Shown here: positions 57,525 to 64,000 of the stretch, one piece after another
Layout: every line of letters begins with the position of its first letter
How positions within the stretch are numbered: the stretch's first letter is position 1
Program-made: the position numbers and the translations under genes
Origin: Candidatus Beckwithbacteria bacterium GW2011_GWC1_49_16
GTDB taxonomy: Bacteria; Patescibacteriota; Microgenomatia; UBA1400; CG1-02-47-37
Direction of reading: 5' to 3'
DNA: 64,000 bases
Assembly: GCA_001029675.1 (NCBI GenBank)
Contig: CP011210.1
Coordinates: forward strand, 777,280-841,279
The notes under the pieces: generated by a model
The model's database searches: none
The model's input: the letters and a program-made list of their open reading frames with translations, nothing else
Told to the model about the DNA's origin: nothing

Positions 57525-58367
57525 ATGCCTAATGCTTCTACCAGAACCTTAAAGTGGTTTTATAAGCTCTCGTGGAAAAAGATTTTGGGGTTTAACGCTT
57601 TTGTAATGCTTGTAGCCAGTTTTTGGTTGGCGCGACAACTGGCTTTGAGCCCCACCCGGACCCAGTCCAAGGCGGCGTTACTCCCCCGGCCCCAAGAAAT
57701 AACTAGCCAGTTTGAGACGCCGACCGGGCCGCCGCAAGTTTACCTGGTGGACCATTTTTTCGGCAAGGTGGGCGACGCGGTCTTAATCCACGGCAAGAAC
57801 TTAGGCGGCGCAAGCGACAACACCTGGGTGGCGCTTGCCGGCAAAAGATTGACCGAGGCAGATTTGGTGGCCTGGACGGGCAGCTTTATTGAATTTCGGG
57901 TGCCCCAAGGGGCAACGTCGGGCCCGGTAACGGTTAACGTTTTGGGGCAAGAAACGGCTTGGGAAGGGGTGTTTTTTGTGATTGATGAGACTACCCCGGG
58001 CCAGTTGCGATTGGTGGCTGATGAGACCAACCCTAATAAGGCGGTTTTGTCGGTCAAAGGGTTGGCTGACGGCAACAGTTTGCTGTTATGGTTTTTGGTG
58101 GTTTCGGGCGAAGGCGAGGTGACGATCGCCCCGGCTCCTGGAGTGAATTTTTCCCAAGTGGAAAAAAACTTGCCGGTGGGCAAGATTTATGAAGTCAACT
58201 TAACCTGGAATCAGAGCTTGAATCAGGCGTCGGTAGTTAACTTTGTGCCGCTTTTGACCGTGACTCGCGGGGCAGAGATGTCGGTCGGGGTAGCCAGAGC
58301 GGAGTTAACCAACGCCAACGGCGCCTTGATCCCCTTGGGCGTTCACCCCTTGTACGTCAGCTTTTAA
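57525..58367 (+). CDS. secreted protein with IPT/TIG-like domain
   Basis: N-terminal TM/signal. IHGKNLG...FIEFRVPQGATSGPVTVNV. Confidence 0.4.
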   Translation: MPNASTRTLKWFYKLSWKKILGFNAFVMLVASFWLARQLALSPTRTQSKAALLPRPQEITSQFETPTGPPQVYLVDHFFGKVGDAVLIHGKNLGGASDNTWVALAGKRLTEADLVAWTGSFIEFRVPQGATSGPVTVNVLGQETAWEGVFFVIDETTPGQLRLVADETNPNKAVLSVKGLADGNSLLLWFLVVSGEGEVTIAPAPGVNFSQVEKNLPVGKIYEVNLTWNQSLNQASVVNFVPLLTVTRGAEMSVGVARAELTNANGALIPLGVHPLYVSF

Positions 58368-58369
58368 AC

Positions 58370-59110
58370 TCAAAGAAACAACAAGACGATTAGACCCAAA
58401 GTCAGGCAGTAATAGGCAAAAGGAGATAAGTTTTTACTAATGACGACGGTACGCAAAAGTTTTAGGGCAAAAAAACCAGAAACCAAAGCGGTGACAAAAC
58501 CGGTTATCAGAATGGAAACGGGAATTGAAGAAGCAGTCAACTGGGGCAACTGAATCATCTGGGCGCCTAAAATGGCGGGCAGAGCCAACAAAAAGGAAAA
58601 GGTGAAGGCCAGGGAGGGTTTAACCCCTAGAATGATGGCGGCGGCGATGGTGCTGCCGGAGCGGGAGATGCCGGGGAGAATGGCCAGAGCCTGAAACAGA
58701 CCGATTAAAAAAGCGGTTTTGGAAGTCAACTGAATCGAGCGGGCTTTGGGGTAGCGGGAAATGGCGGCAAAAAGTAGCAGGCTGGTGATTAATAAGCTTC
58801 CGCCGACTAAGGGCAAAGAATTAAAGAGAACATCGAGCCTGGAGTTTAAAAGCAGACCGACGACAACGGCCGGCAGAGTGCCGATGACGACGGCAACCAG
58901 GGTGTCTAGTTTTAAGCTTTTGATCACCGGCCAGAGAAAGATAACCACGGCGGCGGCCGTTGCCAGGTGAACCAAGACGTCAAAGGTTACCGGAGGCTGA
59001 CTAAACCCCAAGAGTTTTTGAGCGATGACCAAATGGCCGGAACTACTAACCGGCAAAAACTCGGTCAGGCCTTGGATAAGGCCTAAAAGAAATCCTTGGA
59101 CCAGGTTCAT
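58370..59110 (-). CDS. uppP: undecaprenyl-diphosphatase
   Basis: GLTEFLPVSSSGHL and PGISRSG motifs. Confidence 0.85.
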   Translation of the reverse strand: MNLVQGFLLGLIQGLTEFLPVSSSGHLVIAQKLLGFSQPPVTFDVLVHLATAAAVVIFLWPVIKSLKLDTLVAVVIGTLPAVVVGLLLNSRLDVLFNSLPLVGGSLLITSLLLFAAISRYPKARSIQLTSKTAFLIGLFQALAILPGISRSGSTIAAAIILGVKPSLAFTFSFLLALPAILGAQMIQLPQLTASSIPVSILITGFVTALVSGFFALKLLRTVVISKNLSPFAYYCLTLGLIVLLFL

Positions 59111-59116
59111 CTTAGC

Positions 59117-59818
59117 TTACTTTCCCTTTTTAGCCCCAGAATACCAGTCCATGAGCATTTTGGCTACTAGGTCTTTGGCTCCTAAACCGATCGCCAGTCC
59201 TAACCCTAAAGTCAGGGTAGCGATTACCCCGATAAACAGGGTGTTGATCAACGATTGGGCTATCCCCAACTCATTGACTGCGGCCAGAGCCGAGACGACG
59301 ACTACCAGGTAGCTGCCGATTTTAGCCAAGAGTCTGCTGGTTTTGGCGTCGATCTGGCTGACGGCGCCTTTGATCAGGCTTTCAACCAGGCCGGCCAAGA
59401 GCACCCCGATGGTCAAAACCAGAACGGCGGAAAAGATACTGGGGATGTAACCCAAGAGACTGTTTAAGACCAAGGAAACCGTGGTTAGACCCAGGATGTT
59501 GACGCCGGCGATAAAGAAGACCAGGACGATCAGCCAGCGGATGATCTCGCCTAAAAAGACCTCAAACTTGACTCTGATGTCGGCGCGTTTAAGAAAGGGG
59601 TCGAGGCCGCTTTTCCTTAAAAGGCTGTCCAGTTTGACGGCGCCCAAGATTTTGACGGTCAGGGCTTTGCCCCAACGGGCTAAAACTAAGCCGACAATAA
59701 AAATCAAAATGGCACCGACCAGACTGGGAAGGAAATAAAGCACCCGGCTTAAAACGTTAGCGCCGGCAAGCCAGATGGCTTCCTGCCAATTGGAAATGGC
59801 TCCATAAGAAGTTGGCAT
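59117..59818 (-). CDS. hypothetical polytopic membrane protein
   Basis: Four to five TM helices. No motif. Confidence 0.35.
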   Translation of the reverse strand: MPTSYGAISNWQEAIWLAGANVLSRVLYFLPSLVGAILIFIVGLVLARWGKALTVKILGAVKLDSLLRKSGLDPFLKRADIRVKFEVFLGEIIRWLIVLVFFIAGVNILGLTTVSLVLNSLLGYIPSIFSAVLVLTIGVLLAGLVESLIKGAVSQIDAKTSRLLAKIGSYLVVVVSALAAVNELGIAQSLINTLFIGVIATLTLGLGLAIGLGAKDLVAKMLMDWYSGAKKGK

Positions 59819-59884
59819 AACTTTGTTTCACCCCCTTTCCGCGTGAAAATGTAACTGACTCCATTATGGTATAATATTTATCGG

Positions 59885-60190
59885 TTGACAAGTGAAGCGA
59901 TGCCCCGGTCACGACTTTAGTCGGACCGTGGGAGGAAAGTCCGGACTGCTGGAAGCAAGGTGCCCCGACGTTAAGTCGGGGGGTCCCCGACGTAACTGTC
60001 GGGGGGACAGTGAAGCCACAGAGACGAGTTCTCCGATGAGCTAACTGCTTATCGTGAGAGGTGAAACGCGGCAATTCTCCCTGCAGCAACTTCCGACCGG
60101 CCCGCTTGAGGACGCTTCCCCGAGGGCCAAAGCTTGAAGGCATTAGACAGATATCGCTTTAAAAACAGAATCCGGCTTACTACTTGTCAA
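59885..60190 (+). ncRNA. rnpB: RNase P RNA (bacterial type A-like, compact)
   Basis: P4 strands GGAGGAAAGTCCGGAC and ACAGAATCCGGCTTAC. P1 pairing GACAAGT/ACTTGTC. TATAAT at 59869-59874. Confidence 0.75.
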
Positions 60191-60203
60191 CCTTTTTTGT
60201 GGC

Positions 60204-61178
60204 TTAGGCGCGGCGGCGGTAGATGTCGTTGACGATAATTTCCAGGACTAAAACGGTGGGAATGGCCAGGATGGCGCCGGCGATGCCGGCGACTCTGAAG
60301 CCGATAAGAAGCGAGACGATGGTAACCAGAGGGCTTAAGCCGACGACCTTTTGCATCACCTTGGGGACGATAAGGTTGTTTTCGACCTGCTGGATGACAA
60401 AGTAAAGGGCAAAGACGGCCAAAGCCAAGACGGGGGAAGAATTGAGGGCGACTAAAATTGCCGGGATCATGGCGATGACCGGGCCGACGTTGATGATGAT
60501 TTCAGTTAATCCTGCCAAAAAGGCCAAGGGCACGGCAAAGGGGACGCCTAAAAAGATGAGGCCGAAGTAAGACATCAGGCCGACGATAACCATGAGGACG
60601 ATCTCTCCCCTGACCCAACTGCCGAGTTTGTGCTCGACCCGATCCAGAAATTTTTCTGCCCGTTTTTCGGCGTTGGTTTTGCCAAATAAAAACACCAAGT
60701 ATTTTTTGAGGTTTTTCCTTTCCATAATCATGTAAAAGACGATGACCATGAGGGTAAAGATGGTGACCAGGTTGTTGAAGGCGCCGACGACAAACTTGAC
60801 GGCCCGCTGGGGCAAAGAGGCCAGCTGGGAATCGAAAACCGAGAGGTTAAGGTTGCCTTGGCTTAGGCCGTCGAGGGTTTGAGGTAGGCTACCGATAAAC
60901 TTGGTGGATTGTTCGACCAAGGGCGGCACCAGCGCGGCTAAGCCGTAACTAACCGCCCCCCAGATTAAAAGGTAAAAAAGAAGGGTGGCCAGTCCCCGGG
61001 GAACACGGCGCTTTTCCAGTTTATCAACCAGCGGGGAAAGGGCCGACATGAAGATGACGGCGATGAAAAGCAGTAAAATGACGTGGCGGATTTTGTAAAG
61101 AAAGAAGAGAAAAATGGTAAACAGCGCCGTAAAAACGATGCTTTTGTGAGTGATCTCAATGGTTTGGGCTCGCGGCAT
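60204..61178 (-). CDS. AI-2E family transporter (PerM/UPF0118)
   Basis: 8-TM topology with a characteristic N-terminus. Confidence 0.65.
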   Translation of the reverse strand: MPRAQTIEITHKSIVFTALFTIFLFFLYKIRHVILLLFIAVIFMSALSPLVDKLEKRRVPRGLATLLFYLLIWGAVSYGLAALVPPLVEQSTKFIGSLPQTLDGLSQGNLNLSVFDSQLASLPQRAVKFVVGAFNNLVTIFTLMVIVFYMIMERKNLKKYLVFLFGKTNAEKRAEKFLDRVEHKLGSWVRGEIVLMVIVGLMSYFGLIFLGVPFAVPLAFLAGLTEIIINVGPVIAMIPAILVALNSSPVLALAVFALYFVIQQVENNLIVPKVMQKVVGLSPLVTIVSLLIGFRVAGIAGAILAIPTVLVLEIIVNDIYRRRA

Positions 61179-61182
61179 ATCT

Positions 61183-62043
61183 TTAAGTATACCAAGCTTT
61201 AACTCTAGTTTCTACTTTGGCGCGGAAGTTTTTTGAACTGACGTCAAACCAGGCAATTTCCTTGACTTTTTTAAACCAGGTCAACTGCCTTCTTAGGTAC
61301 TGTCGTTCGGCGGTAATCCAGCGGTTAACATCAGGAAGCTGGCGGTAACCGATGGCCGACATTGAGGGTAAATCTTGGCGGTATTTTTTCTTTAACCGGC
61401 TCCACTCTTGAAGCGCTCCGCTTTTAAGCCTTTGACCAACCCGCTTTTCCACCCGCGCGTCTAAAACCGGCAAAGACGCAGTCAGACCGATTAAAAGCGT
61501 GTCGGCGGCTAGAGGCTTTTCCACCTTCAAGGATAAACCCTGAAGGTGAGTGGCGACTTCGACGGCGCGGATTAAACGGCGGGGGTTTAAGCGGTCGGAA
61601 GCATTCAGGCTGGCAGCCTTTTGAGGATTAAGTTGCTTGAGTAACTTAAGAAGCTTAGGAGCGGAAAAAGCCTCAAGCTTTTTCCGCAAGTGATGGTCTG
61701 CCGGAACCGCGATGGTGTCGATCGGCTCGGTTAAGGCCTTAACCCAAAAACCGGTGCCGCCGACGACTAGGGGCAGATTCCCCCGGCGCCAGATTTTTTC
61801 GATGGCGGGCTGGGCAAAGGCGACGAAGTGGGCGACGCTGAAATCTTCGTCGGGTTTGACCAAATCGTAGCCGTGCAAGCGCACCCCGGCAGGGCGATCC
61901 TTGCCGGTGACGATGTCCATACCTTTAAATACCTGGCGGGAGTCGGCAGAAATAATTTCCCCGGAAAACTTCTGGGCCAAAAATGCCCCCAGCCCGGTTT
62001 TGCCGGTGGCGGTGGGGCCGACGATGAAAAGAAGTTTTCTCAC
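61183..62043 (-). CDS. miaA: tRNA dimethylallyltransferase
   Basis: P-loop GPTATGKT, DSRQVFKGMDIVTGK. Confidence 0.85.
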   Translation of the reverse strand: MRKLLFIVGPTATGKTGLGAFLAQKFSGEIISADSRQVFKGMDIVTGKDRPAGVRLHGYDLVKPDEDFSVAHFVAFAQPAIEKIWRRGNLPLVVGGTGFWVKALTEPIDTIAVPADHHLRKKLEAFSAPKLLKLLKQLNPQKAASLNASDRLNPRRLIRAVEVATHLQGLSLKVEKPLAADTLLIGLTASLPVLDARVEKRVGQRLKSGALQEWSRLKKKYRQDLPSMSAIGYRQLPDVNRWITAERQYLRRQLTWFKKVKEIAWFDVSSKNFRAKVETRVKAWYT

Positions 62044-63269
62044 TTGATCACTTGGGGGCGCTGACTCATATGATTTAAGTTGATCAGTTTATCCAAAACC
62101 TTGAAGCGGCGTTTTTTTTCGGCGGGGGGAACGCTATCTTTGAAAAGCTTGTCCGAGGCGGTGCCGGGGCGGGGCGAGTATTGGGCGACGAAAGCGACGT
62201 GCCAGCGGGCTAGTTTGGCTAAAGCGACGGTGGCGGCAAAGTCTTTTTTGGTTTCACCGGGGAAGCCGACGATGATGTCGGTGCCTAGCTTAACCCGGGG
62301 CACTCTGGCGCGGAGTTTTTTGACTAGTTTTAAATAGTGCTCCCTGGTGTAGCCGCGGTTCATTTTGGCTAAAATTTTATCGCTCCCCGACTGGACCGGC
62401 AGGTGGATGAAGCGGTCGATTTTTTGGTTTCGGGCGATGCAGTCGATGAGCTCGTCGGAAAAGTCCCAAGGGTTGGAAGTCAAGAAGCGAACTTTGGTGA
62501 TGCCAGGGATGGCACAGACTTTATCTAAAAGCTTGACGAAGGGGGGCCGGCCGGTGAATTTTTTGTACTGGGAGAGGTTGGAAGGAAGTTTAATTTGATT
62601 CGGATGGCGCATCAAAAGCTTTCGCAAACCGATGCCGACTTTTTCTAAACCGAACGAGTTGACGTTTTGGCCGAGCAGGGTAATTTCCTGATACCCCTGT
62701 TTGGCTAGGTCACGGATTTCTTTTAAGATGTGGGCTTCGGGGCGGGATTGTTCCCGGCCGCGCGAGTAAGGCACGATGCAAAAGGAGCAAAAGGAGTTAC
62801 AACCGGTGGAGATAGGCACCCAAGCGTGGGTTTGGTCGCGGCGGACCGTGGGCGAGTTGAAGCCGACCTCGGCGATGGGTAAAATCTCGTCGACGGCCGG
62901 CATCATCTTTAGCAGTTTATGCTCGCCGTGGTGAATCATGCAGCCGGTGACGATGATTTTAGGCCCCACTTCGCCAAGGCTTCGTGAGGCAGGCCTGTCG
63001 GCGTACTGGCGGAATTTTTTAGCCAGGTTGTTGACCAAGCTCATCGCCCGGTGTTCGGCCCGGGCGCGGACGGCGCAGGTATTGACCACGATCTCGTCGG
63101 CGTCTTCGACCTTTGGAGCGGCTTTAAATCCCCTGGCCTCATAGTCGCCGGCGATTCTTTCCGAGTCGGACTTGTTGGCCTGGCAACCAAAGGTAAAGAT
63201 AAAGTATTTTTTGGTTGTCTTCATCGGGGTATATTGTAGCATGGTTTTGGTCTTGACAGTTATATACAT
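62040..63269 (-). CDS. miaB: tRNA methylthiotransferase (MiaB-like radical SAM)
   Basis: MTTase N-terminal Cys cluster. Radical SAM CNSFCSFC. Overlaps miaA. Confidence 0.7.
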   Translation of the reverse strand: MYITVKTKTMLQYTPMKTTKKYFIFTFGCQANKSDSERIAGDYEARGFKAAPKVEDADEIVVNTCAVRARAEHRAMSLVNNLAKKFRQYADRPASRSLGEVGPKIIVTGCMIHHGEHKLLKMMPAVDEILPIAEVGFNSPTVRRDQTHAWVPISTGCNSFCSFCIVPYSRGREQSRPEAHILKEIRDLAKQGYQEITLLGQNVNSFGLEKVGIGLRKLLMRHPNQIKLPSNLSQYKKFTGRPPFVKLLDKVCAIPGITKVRFLTSNPWDFSDELIDCIARNQKIDRFIHLPVQSGSDKILAKMNRGYTREHYLKLVKKLRARVPRVKLGTDIIVGFPGETKKDFAATVALAKLARWHVAFVAQYSPRPGTASDKLFKDSVPPAEKKRRFKVLDKLINLNHMSQRPQVIK

Positions 63270-63281
63270 CAGATGTATAAT
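63252..63281 (+). promoter_or_regulatory. consensus sigma70-type promoter with operator palindrome for the RHH-PIN operon
   Basis: TTGACA, 17 nt, TATAAT. The spacer contains the inverted repeat ATACATC-A-GATGTAT. Coordinates +/-1 nt. Confidence 0.55.
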
Positions 63282-63521
63282 TCAAATATGATTAGAACTC
63301 AAATTTATATTCCGGATGAACTACATCAAGATGCCAAAAATATGGCTAGAAGGCAAGAACAGTCCTTGGCCAGATTGCTGCGGCGGTTAATTGCCAAAGG
63401 CCTGAAAGAAGAGAAAAGGAAGTTAAAACCAAAATCCCTTGCCTCTTTGGCTAGGCTCAAGATTACCACCGGACCGAAGGATTTGTCTAAGAACATGGAT
63501 AAATACCTCTACGCGGAATGA
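63273..63521 (+). CDS. ribbon-helix-helix (CopG/VapB-like) antitoxin
   Basis: N-terminal beta-strand RTQIYIPDEL. 82 aa. ATGA overlap with the PIN gene. Confidence 0.6.
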   Translation: MYNSNMIRTQIYIPDELHQDAKNMARRQEQSLARLLRRLIAKGLKEEKRKLKPKSLASLARLKITTGPKDLSKNMDKYLYAE

Positions 63522-64000
63522 AAATTTCTGATCACCTTGGAGAAAAATCTTTGCTTGATAATACTGAGGAAGCCGGATACCTAAAAGACGTGTTGGTGGA
63601 CGCCGACGCTCTGGTGGCTTTGGCAAAAACTAATGACTCTAACCATAAAAGAGCGATAAGGTTGAGTGAAAAATTACAAAAAGCAGGAGTTAGCTTTTAC
63701 TTCTCTCCGTTTACTGTGGCTGAAGCAACGACGGTTTTAAGTTATAAAACCAGTCAGCCAGATGCAAAAAAATTTCTTAAACAAATCAGGAGCCTACAGA
63801 TTCCGGTACTTGAGTTGCCCGAAAAGTTTAGCAGCCTTGCCGATGAGTGGTTTTTAAAACAGAAGCAAAAGGGAACTTCATATTTTGATTGTTACAACAT
63901 GGCCCTTTTGGATAGATATAAAAAACAATTGGTGGCAATTTTTAGCTTTGACGTTATCTATAAAAAGAACGGCTTTACGCTGGTTGCAGAGATGGTTTAA
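63518..64000 (+). CDS. PIN-domain toxin (VapC-like)
   Basis: Acidic residues at canonical spacing (VLVDADALVAL, E, FDCYN, SFD). Stop TAA at the window end. Confidence 0.6.
   Translation: MKISDHLGEKSLLDNTEEAGYLKDVLVDADALVALAKTNDSNHKRAIRLSEKLQKAGVSFYFSPFTVAEATTVLSYKTSQPDAKKFLKQIRSLQIPVLELPEKFSSLADEWFLKQKQKGTSYFDCYNMALLDRYKKQLVAIFSFDVIYKKNGFTLVAEMV

Noticed and set aside
59820-59848. Inverted repeat TTTCAC-N11-GTGAAA
   Set aside because: It could be a small hairpin, but it is not followed by a T-run and lies in a promoter region between divergent genes. Insufficient evidence for a terminator or regulatory RNA.
59885-59890. TTGACA hexamer that looked like a -35 box
   Set aside because: It forms the 5' strand of RNase P helix P1 (pairs with ACTTGTC at 60182-60188). 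The likely promoter -10 is the TATAAT at 59869-59874.
59757-60143. 128-aa ORF on the minus strand
   Set aside because: It overlaps the RNase P RNA. The conserved P4 sequence explains the region better than a CDS.
1-64000. CRISPR arrays, rRNA genes, integrase/recombinase genes
   Set aside because: Only the four heptamer microsatellites were found; no regularly spaced direct repeats of 24-40 nt with unique spacers were seen. No rRNA-like conserved blocks. No tyrosine/serine recombinase motif in any ORF, including near the tRNA-Gln island.

Overview
This 64-kb window is densely coded (about 75 protein genes, one tRNA, one RNase P RNA) with roughly 50% GC overall. It looks like a small-genome bacterium of the Patescibacteria/CPR type. 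Evidence: an archaeal-type triosephosphate isomerase, a lamin-tail-domain surface protein, a short AspRS, and many secreted or TM hypotheticals. The standard genetic code is in use (RF2 present). The backbone is housekeeping. It includes a Clp/Hsp100-like ATPase, prfB, ftsEX plus an M23 EnvC-like protein, galE, lon, dtd, thiI, greA, typA, gltX, aspS, recJ, cca, secDF, miaAB, uppP, rdgB and rnpB. Embedded in it are several visibly AT-rich accessory islands (GC judged by eye, not computed). (1) A 1648-aa giant protein with an N-terminal HExxH zincin-like domain and a C-terminal ABC1/UbiB-type kinase domain. It sits beside tRNA-Gln and a YhbQ-like GIY-YIG gene, and its roughly 5-kb segment is flanked by an imperfect direct repeat (26-nt core, extended ~37 bp) that duplicates the 3' end of the neighbouring LUD-domain gene. 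This signature points to acquisition by insertion. (2) A REP-associated tyrosine transposase (RAYT/IS200-like) flanked by identical 26-nt palindromic REP elements. Two further REP copies bracket a DMT transporter gene, and the REP sequences supply the last codons of adjacent genes. (3) An auto-inhibited class-II Fic protein behind a cluster of TTAACATGTT palindromes. (4) A GNAT gene inserted between two paralogous membrane-protein genes. (5) Two AbrB/RHH-PIN toxin-antitoxin-like pairs. A recurrent heptanucleotide tandem-repeat motif occurs at four loci, two of them inside recJ and cca. Other oddities are a circularly permuted M23 domain, a membrane-anchored Clp ATPase with a degenerate D1 Walker B, and an operon of four phospho-metabolite enzymes. 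No CRISPR array, rRNA or integrase was seen.
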